Shown one piece after another: positions 8,811 through 18,228 of a DNA stretch of 45,792 nucleotides; position 1 is the first letter of the stretch; each line of letters opens with the position of its first letter. Location of the stretch: the NCBI GenBank assembly GCA_013415795.1, contig JAAEEL010000015.1:1-45792 (forward strand). The letters run 5' to 3'. The position numbers were made by a program, and so were the translations under genes. The notes beneath the pieces were generated by a model that saw only the letters and a program-made list of their open reading frames with translations, had not been told where the DNA came from and did not search any database. The stretch comes from Methanocellales archaeon. GTDB taxonomy: Archaea > Halobacteriota > UBA148.

Positions 8811-10244
8811 ATGCTCATGAAGGTACTAGTGGTTACTGGACGCAAGGCATATTGGATTGTAAAAAAAGCAGTAGGCGATGATGCAGATGTTCTCCTGTTG
8901 GATGTTGATGTGGCATCTTTTGTTACGCCGGATCTATTGCGCCCAATATCTAGTCTCGATTATGATCTAATCCTTGTTCCTGGTTTATCTTCTGGAGATT
9001 TTTTGAGGCTAGAGAAAGATACGGGTATAAAAATAAGACTTGGACCTAAGCATGCATGCGACTTGGATGTAGTGTTATCTCATGCGGATATTATTGAATT
9101 CTCGCACTCGGTGCCCGCTTGCCAACTATTGTCTGCTAAAAAACATGAAGAGGCGATGAAAAAAGTCAATGAACTAGAGTTTGAAGCTGAGTATAGTTTT
9201 AAGCTAAGTAATCTAAAAATTGGCGGCAAGTCTAGAATGAAGGTAATGGGTGAGATCGTGGATGCGACTCGAATGCAAAGAGATGAGATACTGACAGTAG
9301 CTCGTGACTTTATCGCACAAGGTGCAGACATAATAGACATTGGCGCTGCAATGGATGCAACTTCTCTAGAGGTTATAAATGCAGTAGAGGCCGTATCATC
9401 CCTGGACATCCCGATCAGCATTGACACCGCCAATCCAGAAATAATCCTCGAAGCCATAGAAGATATCGATATGGTTCTCAGTCTGAACGGCGATAGTATA
9501 AAAGCAGTAGGCAGATCAATTGCAGATCGAGGTATATCAGCAGTTATCATACCTGATAGCGATCTAGGATCTCTGCAGAATAACATCAGGCTCGCACAAG
9601 AGATTGGAATTGATAAAATCATCGCAGACCCTGTCCTACGACCTATTGGAGAAGGATTGATTGATTCCCTAGTGTCGTATCATAGGTTCAGGCAAGCCAG
9701 CGATCTGCCATTGTTCTTTGGGGTGGGAAACGTTACCGAGCTGATAGATGCCGATTCAATTGGAATCAATGCAATCTTGGCCGGAATTGCGATGGAGCTG
9801 GGTGCCAGCATACTTTTCACCCCACAATATAGCGCTAAGACCAGAGGAAGTATTTATGAGTTGAAAACAGCAGCCCAGATGATGATACTCTCAAAAGAGA
9901 GGTGTACGCCGCCGAAAGATCTTGGATTGGATCTCTTAGTCATCAAAGAAAAGAGGCATAGAACAAGCGAAATTAAAATCAACAAATCGATAAAAGCAAA
10001 AGCCCATAAATCCCAACAAGACCCTAAGGGATCTTTCAGCATAGATATCAAAGATGGAAAGATTGTAGCCACGCAGGGAGATACATCCATCATAGGCACT
10101 AGCTCAAAAGCCGTTTTCGACACGATATCAGATCTTGGATTGGTATCTTTGATAGATCATGCTGCTTACCTTGGAAGAGAACTTATGAAAGCCGAACTCT
10201 CGCTAAGATTTAGGAGGAGTTATGCACAGGATGATAAATTTTAA
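8811..10244 (+). CDS. dihydropteroate synthase-like (pterin-binding) protein with C-terminal DUF4346-like domain; probable methanopterin-biosynthesis family
   Basis: 477 aa. The central pterin-binding barrel shows [10 protein letters not shown] and [10 protein letters not shown]. The C-terminal [14 protein letters not shown] resembles the MJ0107-type archaeal DHPS-related proteins as I recall them. Confidence 0.6.
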   Translation: MLMKVLVVTGRKAYWIVKKAVGDDADVLLLDVDVASFVTPDLLRPISSLDYDLILVPGLSSGDFLRLEKDTGIKIRLGPKHACDLDVVLSHADIIEFSHSVPACQLLSAKKHEEAMKKVNELEFEAEYSFKLSNLKIGGKSRMKVMGEIVDATRMQRDEILTVARDFIAQGADIIDIGAAMDATSLEVINAVEAVSSLDIPISIDTANPEIILEAIEDIDMVLSLNGDSIKAVGRSIADRGISAVIIPDSDLGSLQNNIRLAQEIGIDKIIADPVLRPIGEGLIDSLVSYHRFRQASDLPLFFGVGNVTELIDADSIGINAILAGIAMELGASILFTPQYSAKTRGSIYELKTAAQMMILSKERCTPPKDLGLDLLVIKEKRHRTSEIKINKSIKAKAHKSQQDPKGSFSIDIKDGKIVATQGDTSIIGTSSKAVFDTISDLGLVSLIDHAAYLGRELMKAELSLRFRRSYAQDDKF

Positions 10245-10927
10245 GCCACATTCTGCATCAATATGATCAATTCGTCGAATTCTGAATCTCCGTCTATCTG
10301 GACTAAAGTTTTTGTTACTTGTTCCCCCCCAATTTCTGTGGTGTAGGTTATATCTTCATAGGGAACCAATCCCGCAGTGGCCACAATGGAACCGTCACTA
10401 CTCCATATAGCTAGGGCCCCTTTGACAGCAATTGATCCGCCCTCATACTCCAGAGTGCCATCGTAAACTAGTGCTTTAACAGTCTCTCCATGCAAATTTT
10501 GGAATGTAGTATCGCCGATTCTATGAAAGTTGGACACACCCGTTCCTTGGACAGTGCTCATCAGCTGAGTCTCCATCAGACCAAAAGCCCTATCGATTAA
10601 TTTTTTTGCCAAAAAGTCTAGACTAACCGGTAATGCTAATCTTACTGTCATCAGAGTAGAGGTGATATCTGATATTTGCGTCTCTTGATTGATTCTGCTC
10701 TCTAGTTCTGCATCTTTATAGGATAGTTTAGCTAAATTTATCGTTAGTTTGACTGACCACTCCATTTCAAGGGAATCTTTTTGCACATCACCCGCCTGGG
10801 TCCAACCCAGTTCACTTAGGGTTTTAGGGTCCACTCTTGCTGCAACTGCCTCCTTTGGCTCAAGGCATCCGACCACGTTAGTCATGATGATAATAAATGC
10901 TACTAAAATGGCAAACTGTTTTTTCAT
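10241..10927 (-). CDS. predicted secreted lipoprotein of unknown function
   Basis: 228 aa. The N-terminal signal MKKQFAILVAFIIIMTNVVGC has a lipobox-like VVGC. No family recognised. Its stop shares the tetranucleotide TTAA (10241-10244) with the convergent upstream gene. Confidence 0.55.
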   Translation of the reverse strand: MKKQFAILVAFIIIMTNVVGCLEPKEAVAARVDPKTLSELGWTQAGDVQKDSLEMEWSVKLTINLAKLSYKDAELESRINQETQISDITSTLMTVRLALPVSLDFLAKKLIDRAFGLMETQLMSTVQGTGVSNFHRIGDTTFQNLHGETVKALVYDGTLEYEGGSIAVKGALAIWSSDGSIVATAGLVPYEDITYTTEIGGEQVTKTLVQIDGDSEFDELIILMQNVA

Positions 10928-10987
10928 GTCAACTCATGAATTGGTATAGGGAAGTATTAAAGTTATGGCAAGACCTATGCAAATGAC

Positions 10988-12094
10988 ATGGAAGGGCTAG
11001 AGAATCGACTTAAGAGGGCGGGTGTAGATGGACTCATGCTCGTAAGCGACAGTATCCATGATGCAAATATGTTCTATCTAACAAATTTTTTGATGCCTGA
11101 CCCTTTTATTTATATTAGAAAAGATAATTCCGAGTTCATCATAGTCTCGCGGATGGAATTTAGAAGGGCTAAAAAGGAGTCAAAGATTAGGGACGTGAGA
11201 TCTACCGATGAATATGGCATGCTAGATTTATTGAAAAAACATAAGGATGTTCAAAAAGCTCGCTTAGAATTGCTGAAAGATGTGCTCAATAAAGAGGGTA
11301 TTAAACGTATAGCAGTACCAATGAACTTCTCCTTTTTTATCGCAAGTGAGTTGAATGACTTCGAGATATTGCCGGTCAGATTACTGGAGGATCTAAGAGA
11401 AGTTAAAACTAAAGCCGAGATCAAAAGCATCAAAAGTGCACAGCAAGCTTGTGAAAGCGCCATGCAAGTTGCCATAGATGCGATTCGAAAAGCCGATATC
11501 AATAAAGATGTTTTGAATCTAACGTCAGAAGACGTAAAAGTTATCATAGAGCATGATTTGATAAATAAAGGGTGCAGGGCTGATGATATTATCGTAGCCT
11601 CTGGAAAACAATCATCTGATCCTCATTGTTCCGGATCGGGAGCGCTGGAAATAAACACATCAATCGTCATAGATATATTTCCATATCTCAAAAAAGAGCG
11701 GTACCATGCTGACATGACGCGCACCGTCCTCAGAGGTTCTCCGACTAAAGAAACAGAGGAGATGTACCAAACAGTTCTAGATGCACAAAATATAGCGATC
11801 AGCAATATCAGAGCTGGCGTGACTGGAAAAGAGATTCACGTTGCAGTATGTGATCTTTTTCAGGAAAGGGGTTACGATTTCATTCACTCTACTGGTCATG
11901 GCGTGGGTCTAGATGTTCATGAGGGGCCATCCCTGGCGGAAAATGGAGATAAGTTAAAAGCTGGCAACGTCATAACGGTTGAACCTGGGTTATATGACCC
12001 CGAAATCGCAGGTGTTAGGTTAGAGGACTTAGTACTTGTGACTGCCAAAGGATGCAAGAATCTCACGCGATTCCAAAAGCAACTGGTGATATAA
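10988..12094 (+). CDS. Xaa-Pro aminopeptidase/dipeptidase (peptidase M24B)
   Basis: 368 aa. It has a creatinase-like N-domain and the motifs DIFPYLKKERYHADMTRT, HSTGHGVGLDVHEGP and VEPGLY...GVRLEDLV. Confidence 0.8.
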   Translation: MEGLENRLKRAGVDGLMLVSDSIHDANMFYLTNFLMPDPFIYIRKDNSEFIIVSRMEFRRAKKESKIRDVRSTDEYGMLDLLKKHKDVQKARLELLKDVLNKEGIKRIAVPMNFSFFIASELNDFEILPVRLLEDLREVKTKAEIKSIKSAQQACESAMQVAIDAIRKADINKDVLNLTSEDVKVIIEHDLINKGCRADDIIVASGKQSSDPHCSGSGALEINTSIVIDIFPYLKKERYHADMTRTVLRGSPTKETEEMYQTVLDAQNIAISNIRAGVTGKEIHVAVCDLFQERGYDFIHSTGHGVGLDVHEGPSLAENGDKLKAGNVITVEPGLYDPEIAGVRLEDLVLVTAKGCKNLTRFQKQLVI

Positions 12095-12966
12095 TGAAAG
12101 AAGAAGTTTTCAAGAAATATGAACAAGCTGGACAGATTCTGGTTGATGTTATGGGAAGCGTAAAGGACAAAGTCAAGATCGGAGCATCTTTATTAGAAGT
12201 AGCTGATTTTGTGGAAAATCTAATCAGGGAGAAAGGTGCACAGCCAGCATTCCCGTGCAACATATCTAGAAATGATGAGGCAGCCCATGCAACACCTTCA
12301 GCAAGTGATATATCCGTCTTTGGAAGAGACATGGTCAAGCTCGATATCGGAGTGCAGGTCGATGGTTATATCGCTGATTCTGCCATAACCGTGGATTTGA
12401 GTGACAATGCAAATTTAGTGGAATCTTCCAGAGCTGCTTTGAGATCCGCAATAGATATCGTCCGTGCTGGTATAAAAATTACAGAAATTGGTGATGCAAT
12501 CGAAAGTACCATAGAAAGTTTTGGGTACAGACCAGTTGCTAATCTCACAGGGCATGGCTTAGCGAGATGGGATCATCATGCATCTCCATCCATACCAAAC
12601 AGATCAGTTTTGTATGGAGGAACCCTCAAAGAAGGTGATGTAATAGCTATCGAACCTTTTGCCACCAATGGCGCTGGGCACGTCTCAGAGGGTGGGAGTG
12701 CGGAGATCTATCGGTTAGAAACGCTGAAGCCTGTTCGCCTTCCGGCAGCTAGAAAATTGTTGAAAGCGATAGAAGAGTACAAAATGCTTCCTTTTGCAAA
12801 GAGATGGCTACCACAAACCCGCCTAGATTTTATATTGAATCAATTTGAGAGATCAGGAATCGTGTATTCATACCCAGTGCTCAAAGACGATGCAGGAGGA
12901 TTGGTCTCACAAGCCGAACACACAGTTATCGTAGAAAAAGGCGGATGCCTAGTAATCACCGAGTAA
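12094..12966 (+). CDS. map: methionine aminopeptidase, type 2 (archaeal, peptidase M24A)
   Basis: Motifs: AFPCNISRNDEAAHATP, DIGVQVDGYIADSA, LTGHGL, IEPFAT and SQAEHTVIV. The start is moved to the ATG at 12094 (MKEEVFKKYE). This overlaps the upstream TAA as TAATG. Confidence 0.85.
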   Translation: MKEEVFKKYEQAGQILVDVMGSVKDKVKIGASLLEVADFVENLIREKGAQPAFPCNISRNDEAAHATPSASDISVFGRDMVKLDIGVQVDGYIADSAITVDLSDNANLVESSRAALRSAIDIVRAGIKITEIGDAIESTIESFGYRPVANLTGHGLARWDHHASPSIPNRSVLYGGTLKEGDVIAIEPFATNGAGHVSEGGSAEIYRLETLKPVRLPAARKLLKAIEEYKMLPFAKRWLPQTRLDFILNQFERSGIVYSYPVLKDDAGGLVSQAEHTVIVEKGGCLVITE

Positions 12967-13319
12967 CATCTTTAGAACAGACTTCATAAACAAATCAAAG
13001 TAGAGATAGAAAAAGTATTGTATCAGAAAATATATTAGTAGAGTAAATAGAAAAATAGGAAATAATTTTGGTTTTGGTATTAAGTACTTTGATGACAAAG
13101 GTCTCCTGCTGTTTTTCGAGGGATTTAAGCCCGTTCAAGCTAACTCTTAGCTCAATCAAACTTTTGAAGAATCGATGGATTACCGGCCTTTGCAAATCTG
13201 AGAATAAATGAGAAGCAATGAGCTTACATCTTAATTTTTCTTTTTCTTAAAACATAAGATATTATTATATGCGATGAGCAAACACATATGACATTACTTT
13301 TGTCGGAGGAAGTAAAAGT

Positions 13320-14543
13320 TTGAAACAACCCAGCGTTAACATAGGCATTGTAGGACATGTGGACCATGGAAAAACAACGCTAGTGAGCGCTTTATCTGGT
13401 GTTTGGACGGATCGGCATAGTGAGGAGCTCAAAAGAGGCATATCGATACGTCTAGGCTATGCAGACATAACCTTTAGAAAATGCCCCAATTGTAAAGAGC
13501 CCAAATGCTATTCCATAGAAAAAAACTGCCCATATTGTGGTTCTGAGACAAATGAGATGAGAACGGTATCATTCGTTGATTCTCCTGGCCATGAAACATT
13601 GATGGCAACCATGCTAAGTGGTGCTGCTCTCATGGACGGTGCCGTTCTTGTCATTGCAGCTAGTGAGCCCTGTCCACAGCCACAGACCAAAGAGCATCTG
13701 ATGGCATTGGACATAATAGGAGTGGAAAATGTTGTAATCGCTCAAAACAAGATCGACCTGATATCGAGAGAGGATGTTCTTAAGCATTATCATCAAATAA
13801 AAGATTTTGTTAAGGGTACGGTGGCCGAAAATGCACCAATAGTACCCATCTCAGCCCAACATAATGCGAATATCGATGTTCTGATTGGATTGATTGAAGA
13901 AAAAATTCCGACACCAGTTCACGATCTAGACAAACCAGCCCATATGTTTATAGCTAGGTCATTTGATGTCAACAAACCAGGTGTTCCGATAGATAAAATC
14001 ACTGGAGGGGTCATAGGTGGAGTATTGAGCCAGGGCTTGTTAAGAGTTGGAGATCAACTAGAGATCAGGCCCGGAAGAAAGGTGGATTTTGAGGGCAAGA
14101 TAAACTGGGTTCCAATTACCACCCAGATAACGGGAATAATGGCAGGAGGACAAAGTGTCAAAGAAGCTGTACCAGGCGGATTATTGGGGGTGGGTACGAA
14201 ATTGGACCCTTCTATGACTAAAAGCGATGCGCTTGTAGGGCAAGCAGCTGGTCACTTGAGTTCACTTCCACCGGTTTGGGATGAGTTCACGATGGACATA
14301 CAATTACTTGATAGAGTTGTAGGTTCGACAGAAGAATCTGATGTAGAGCCCATACGAACAAGTGAACTACTGATGCTCAGTGCAGGAACCGCAACCACAA
14401 TAGGAGTTGTATCATCTGCTAGAAATAACGAAGCAGAGGTCAAGCTAAAGCGGCCTGTTTGTGTTAGGCCTGCATCAAGAGTTGCAATCAGCAGACGTAT
14501 TGGGGCCAGATGGCGTTTGATTGGTGTCGGAGTGCTCCTATGA
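13320..14543 (+). CDS. eif2g: translation initiation factor aIF2 gamma subunit
   Basis: Contains [15 protein letters not shown], the zinc knuckle [10 protein letters not shown]...CPYCG, DSPGH and NKID. The start is TTG, preceded by GGAGG. Confidence 0.9.
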   Translation: MKQPSVNIGIVGHVDHGKTTLVSALSGVWTDRHSEELKRGISIRLGYADITFRKCPNCKEPKCYSIEKNCPYCGSETNEMRTVSFVDSPGHETLMATMLSGAALMDGAVLVIAASEPCPQPQTKEHLMALDIIGVENVVIAQNKIDLISREDVLKHYHQIKDFVKGTVAENAPIVPISAQHNANIDVLIGLIEEKIPTPVHDLDKPAHMFIARSFDVNKPGVPIDKITGGVIGGVLSQGLLRVGDQLEIRPGRKVDFEGKINWVPITTQITGIMAGGQSVKEAVPGGLLGVGTKLDPSMTKSDALVGQAAGHLSSLPPVWDEFTMDIQLLDRVVGSTEESDVEPIRTSELLMLSAGTATTIGVVSSARNNEAEVKLKRPVCVRPASRVAISRRIGARWRLIGVGVLL

Positions 14544-14899
14544 GAGTAATTCTAGACACAAACGCATTGATGATTCCCGGGAAATTTGGCGTTGATATCT
14601 TTGCAGAATTAGAAAAACTGGAGTATGATCGATTCATTGTTCCAAGTCGAGTAGTCAGTGAACTGAAGATTCTATACAAAAAAGGTGGCAACAAAGCCGA
14701 AGCATCTCTAGCGTTATCGCTCTTGGATCGATGTGAAGTAGTCGATGCAAAGGCATCCGCAGACGATGCGATCGTCCAAATAGCTGAGGATATGAATGCT
14801 ACCGTCTTTACTGTGGATGCAGAATTGAGAAAGCGATTAAAAGATAAGGGTATAAATACAATATGCCTACGCCAGAAAAAGAGGTTAGAATATGTATAG
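14540..14899 (+). CDS. PIN-domain ribonuclease (Fcf1/Utp24-like family conserved in the aIF2gamma-RpoE operon)
   Basis: [13 protein letters not shown] shows the first PIN acidic residue, and [10 protein letters not shown] lies near the C-terminus. The start is moved to the ATG at 14540, which overlaps the aIF2gamma stop as ATGA. Its position in the conserved archaeal superoperon supports the call. Confidence 0.7.
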   Translation: MRVILDTNALMIPGKFGVDIFAELEKLEYDRFIVPSRVVSELKILYKKGGNKAEASLALSLLDRCEVVDAKASADDAIVQIAEDMNATVFTVDAELRKRLKDKGINTICLRQKKRLEYV

Positions 14900-15449
14900 G
14901 AAAATGAGGCTTATCGACACGGTACGTATACCGCCAGATAAATTGGGCGGTAAAACCGAGAAGGTTGTGAAATCAGCATTAGAGGAGAAGTTAGAGGGTA
15001 GAACTGACAAAAAGCTTGGGTCAATCGTGGCCATAACCAATGTCGTTGAGATAGGAGAAGGCCACATTCTTGTGGGTGATGGAGCAGTATATTACTATGC
15101 AACCTTTGATGCAATAGTCTATAAGCCAGAGATTCAAGAAATCATTGAAGGAGATATCGCGGAGATCGTTGAATTTGGGGCATTCGTTAGCATGGGACCT
15201 GTTGACGGATTACTCCATGTTAGTCAGATTGATGATGATTATATCTCGTATGATGAAAAAAATGCGCGTTTAGTCGGCAAGAAAAGTAATAGAGCACTAG
15301 CTGAGGGGGATAGCCTTCGTGCAAGAGTTGTTGCAATTAGCTTAAATGAGAGAGAGCCAAAAGAAAGTAAGATAGGTTTGACAATGCGCCAAACAGCATT
15401 AGGTAAGTTAGAGTGGTTGGAAGAGGCACGCGAGAAGTTGGAAGAATGA
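14892..15449 (+). CDS. rpo7: DNA-directed RNA polymerase subunit Rpo7 (RpoE')
   Basis: 185 aa with an N-terminal Rpb7-like domain and an S1 domain (GDIAEIVEFGAFVSMGPVDGLLHVSQI). The ATG overlaps the PIN gene's stop codon by 8 nt. Confidence 0.85.
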   Translation: MYRKMRLIDTVRIPPDKLGGKTEKVVKSALEEKLEGRTDKKLGSIVAITNVVEIGEGHILVGDGAVYYYATFDAIVYKPEIQEIIEGDIAEIVEFGAFVSMGPVDGLLHVSQIDDDYISYDEKNARLVGKKSNRALAEGDSLRARVVAISLNEREPKESKIGLTMRQTALGKLEWLEEAREKLEE

Positions 15450-15628
15450 CTGAGAAAGCATGTAGAGAGTGTCATAGGATTGTAAAGGGACCAGTATGTA
15501 GCTGTGGTTCTACCTCGACTAGCACAGACTGGATAGGATATGTCATTATAATCAATCCAGAAGGATCTGAAGCCGCAAAAAGGATGAACGTCAATCGGTC
15601 TGGAAGATATGCGCTGAAGGTGCGATGA
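15446..15628 (+). CDS. spt4: transcription elongation factor Spt4 (RpoE'')
   Basis: 60-aa zinc ribbon: MTEKACRECHRIV...CSCGS. The start is moved to the ATG at 15446, overlapping the Rpo7 stop as ATGA. This is the canonical position after Rpo7. Confidence 0.8.
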   Translation: MTEKACRECHRIVKGPVCSCGSTSTSTDWIGYVIIINPEGSEAAKRMNVNRSGRYALKVR

Positions 15629-15629
15629 A

Positions 15630-16202
15630 TTGGCATTACATTTACCCCAAGAACTGAGAGAACAGTTTAAAAAACCTTTTGGAAACCTTTATAGGGGTGA
15701 AGGACATGCGCCCATTGAGAGTTTAAAGCAAGACATTCACAATATGTCCAAAGTCATCTCTGTCGGCGATGTCGTTACATTTTATCTGATAAAATCTGGA
15801 AAGATTCCGGACGTATGTGTTGTTGACGAAAAAATCATGAGAAAGATGGCTCCTAAAGAGTTGATCCTAGGCACGAAGATGCAAGAATTTATGCAAATGT
15901 CTGTAGATAATCCTGCGGGCCAGATAACAAAAGAACTTGTCTTGGCATTACACGAAGCAATGGAGTACAACAGACCGACAAGAATATTTGTTTGCGGAGA
16001 AGAAGACTTAGCAGCTTTGCCAGCAGTCGTCATAGCACCCTTACATTCGGCCATAATCTATGGTCAACCTGGAGAAGGGGTGGTATTAGTGACCGTTGAT
16101 GAGGAAAAGAAATATGAAGCAGTATCTCTACTTCGACAAATGAGGGGGGACTCGATATACTCCTTGCTCGATGAGATGATGAAGGCAACCCAAGGGAGGT
16201 AA
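15630..16202 (+). CDS. DUF359 protein, GTP-dependent dephospho-CoA kinase family
   Basis: 190 aa containing VISVGDVVT and ICGEEDLAALPAV-like motifs (here VCGEEDLAALPAV). It sits in the conserved position between Spt4 and S24e. The start appears to be TTG. Confidence 0.65.
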   Translation: MALHLPQELREQFKKPFGNLYRGEGHAPIESLKQDIHNMSKVISVGDVVTFYLIKSGKIPDVCVVDEKIMRKMAPKELILGTKMQEFMQMSVDNPAGQITKELVLALHEAMEYNRPTRIFVCGEEDLAALPAVVIAPLHSAIIYGQPGEGVVLVTVDEEKKYEAVSLLRQMRGDSIYSLLDEMMKATQGR

Positions 16203-16204
16203 TT

Positions 16205-16666
16205 ATGAATATTGAAGTCATAGAAAAAAAAGTAAACCCATTGCTTAAGAGGCTGGAAATAATGTTCAAGGTGGATCATGAAGGTGCCACCCCATCTAGA
16301 GAAGAAGTTAGGAAAAATTTGGCTGCGATGCTCAATGAAAAAAAAGAACTGGTCATCATCGAGCGAATGCGCTCGGAGTATGGCAAAAGAGAGACGCACG
16401 TGTACGCAAAAATTTACAAGTCTGAGAAACTTCTCAAAGAGATTGAAAGAGCGCATATAATCCAACGAAACGTACTTGCTGAAGGTGAAGAAAAAGTAGA
16501 AAAGGTTGAGACTAAGAAGGAACCTGAACAGAAACCTGAAGAAAAGAAGGCAAAAGAAAAAGTAGAAAAGGTTGAGACTAAGAAGGAACCTGAACAGAAA
16601 CCTGAAGAAAAGAAGGCAAAAGAAAAAGTCGGAGCGAAATCCAAGATCAATTCGAAGGGAGAATGA
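16205..16666 (+). CDS. rps24e: ribosomal protein S24e with a Lys/Glu-rich repetitive C-terminal extension
   Basis: N-terminus [43 protein letters not shown] is typical S24e. The C-terminal ~55 aa is a K/E-rich tail containing two identical 22-aa units. Confidence 0.85.
   Translation: MNIEVIEKKVNPLLKRLEIMFKVDHEGATPSREEVRKNLAAMLNEKKELVIIERMRSEYGKRETHVYAKIYKSEKLLKEIERAHIIQRNVLAEGEEKVEKVETKKEPEQKPEEKKAKEKVEKVETKKEPEQKPEEKKAKEKVGAKSKINSKGE
16488..16629 (+). repeat. perfect 66-bp tandem repeat (about 2.15 copies) inside the S24e coding sequence
   Basis: Compared base by base: 16490-16555 and 16556-16621 are identical (GAAAAAGTAGAAAAGGTTGAGACTAAGAAGGAACCTGAACAGAAACCTGAAGAAAAGAAGGCAAAA). A further 8 nt of a third copy follow. 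Confidence 0.95.
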
Positions 16667-16668
16667 TC

Positions 16669-16830
16669 ATGTCCAGTAAATTCTATGATATCAGTGGTAA
16701 TAAGTTGAAGCGAACGAGACAAATCTGTCCGCGCTGTGGAGATGGCACCTTTCTAGCCGAACATAGCGAACGCCGCTCATGTGGTAAGTGTGGTTATACA
16801 GAGTTCAAGTCTCAAAAGCATGAAGAATAG
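16669..16830 (+). CDS. rps27ae: ribosomal protein S27ae
   Basis: Not in the ORF track because it is only 53 aa. Manual translation: [53 protein letters not shown]. It has a CxxC...CxxC zinc ribbon and the canonical position after S24e. The ATG is 2 nt after the S24e stop. Confidence 0.85.
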   Translation: MSSKFYDISGNKLKRTRQICPRCGDGTFLAEHSERRSCGKCGYTEFKSQKHEE

Positions 16831-17803
16831 ATTTGTTCTCGGAATAGAAGGGACTGCTTGGAACCTAAGCGCTGCCATAATCGATCGCACAAATATTATT
16901 GCTGAGGTTGAGTCACAATATCAGCCTCAGAAAGGTGGTCTACACCCCAGAATGGCGTCTCAACACCATGCATCTGAAATCGGAAACCTTATACGAAAAA
17001 TATTAACTGAAGGAGAGGGGTTTGGCGTTGAACTCTCTGCCATAGCATTCTCGCAAGGTCCAGGATTTGGTCCTTGTCTTAGAACAATTGCTACCGCTGC
17101 CAGAGCTTTATCTCTCTCCCTAGAAATTCCACTGATAGGTGTAAATCACTGCATTGCGCACATCGAGATCGGTAGGCGGATGTGTGATGTGAGGGATCCA
17201 GTTATATTATACGTCAGTGGTGGCAATTCTCAAGTGCTTTCCTATAGAGATGGTAAATACAGGATTTTTGGCGAGACATTGGACATAGGGATCGGCAACG
17301 CACTCGATAAGTTTGGTCGATATGCGGGGTTTCAGCATCCTGGAGGACCAAAGATAGAACAGATAGCTAAAAATGCGAAGAAATATGTTAGCTTGCCATA
17401 TGTTGTAAAAGGCATGGATTTCTCTTTCTCAGGGTTAACAACTGCTGCGAAGGATGCTTTGGTGCATGCATCCTTGGAAGACGTGTGTTATTCTTTTCAA
17501 GAGACGGCATTTGCGATGCTCGTGGAAGTGACGGAACGGGCGCTAGCCCACATAGGAAAAGATGATGTCCTCCTCGTAGGAGGAGTTGGAGCCAATGAAA
17601 GACTGAAAGAAATGCTAGACCTCATGTGTAAAGACAGGGGTGCAAGATTATATGCACCCGAAAAGAGATTTATGCGTGATAATGGCATCATGATCGCACA
17701 TACTGGGTTACTCATGCTAGAGAGCGGTGCAACTCTTGACATCAAGGATTCTGCGGTGCGCCCAAACTACCGACCAGATGATGTTGATGTGTCTTGGATA
17801 TAG
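16820..17803 (+). CDS. kae1: tRNA N6-adenosine threonylcarbamoyltransferase Kae1 (KEOPS catalytic subunit)
   Basis: Contains [40 protein letters not shown] and LVGGVGAN. The start is moved to the ATG at 16820 ([11 protein letters not shown]), overlapping S27ae by 11 nt. It is not fused to Bud32. Confidence 0.9.
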   Translation: MKNRFVLGIEGTAWNLSAAIIDRTNIIAEVESQYQPQKGGLHPRMASQHHASEIGNLIRKILTEGEGFGVELSAIAFSQGPGFGPCLRTIATAARALSLSLEIPLIGVNHCIAHIEIGRRMCDVRDPVILYVSGGNSQVLSYRDGKYRIFGETLDIGIGNALDKFGRYAGFQHPGGPKIEQIAKNAKKYVSLPYVVKGMDFSFSGLTTAAKDALVHASLEDVCYSFQETAFAMLVEVTERALAHIGKDDVLLVGGVGANERLKEMLDLMCKDRGARLYAPEKRFMRDNGIMIAHTGLLMLESGATLDIKDSAVRPNYRPDDVDVSWI

Positions 17804-17831
17804 GCAATATGAAACTATTTTCGGCTAATAA

Positions 17832-18095
17832 AACATAATTATCAACAAGCGTACCATCATCGCGCAACACCGCTATAATACTAACAATGACCATAATATA
17901 TTGCTCAAGCGAATCTTAAAATCCCTTCATTTTACACTTATCTTCTGGTTTCAGAATGATCAAGTTTCAGAACTATTACCAAAAAAAATCAAAATCGCGA
18001 CTTTGATCAATATCTTGACAGAAGAGTTTGGAATCGACCACACCACTATTCAACTGGAGGGCAATGGCTGCCAAAAAGCGGTTCGCGAACATTAA
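17832..18095 (+). pseudogene. remnant of the C-terminal cytoplasmic domain of a cation diffusion facilitator (CzcD/ZitB-type) transporter
   Basis: The open frame (no ATG; track ORF 17901-18095) ends ...LLPKKIKIATLINILTEEFGIDHTTIQLE. This matches the conserved CDF C-terminus (...H(A/V)TIQ(M/V)E). No transmembrane domain is encoded upstream; a stop lies at 17829-17831. Confidence 0.5.
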
Positions 18096-18228
18096 AAACC
18101 TAGAGCTCGCATGTTACCAATTACATATAAGCCTAAGGGGAAAGGATCTACGGATTAGAACGAGGAAAACGCGTGCTTATGAGCAACCTTTATTGATGCT
18201 AACAGTTATAGAACTTACATGAAGCACT

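Noticed and set aside
12995-13195. 66-aa minus-strand ORF upstream of aIF2gamma.
   Set aside because: It has a non-ATG start, low-complexity I/S/L/K-rich sequence, and no SD or family resemblance.
13094-13202. Possible C/D-box sRNA: a canonical TGATGA followed about 100 nt later by CTGA, in the spacer upstream of aIF2gamma.
   Set aside because: The spacing is far longer than the 50-70 nt typical of archaeal C/D sRNAs. There are no properly placed D' or C' boxes and no terminal complementary stem.
16488-16629. I considered whether the perfect 66-bp repeats could be a mini CRISPR array or other non-coding repeat.
   Set aside because: There are no spacers between the units. The repeats are in frame within S24e and translate to a continuous K/E-rich tail. 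No cas genes are present.
18028-18222. 64-aa ORF overlapping the CDF remnant in another frame.
   Set aside because: It has no recognisable motif and no SD sequence. It overlaps the frame that carries the CDF C-terminal signature and is most likely spurious.
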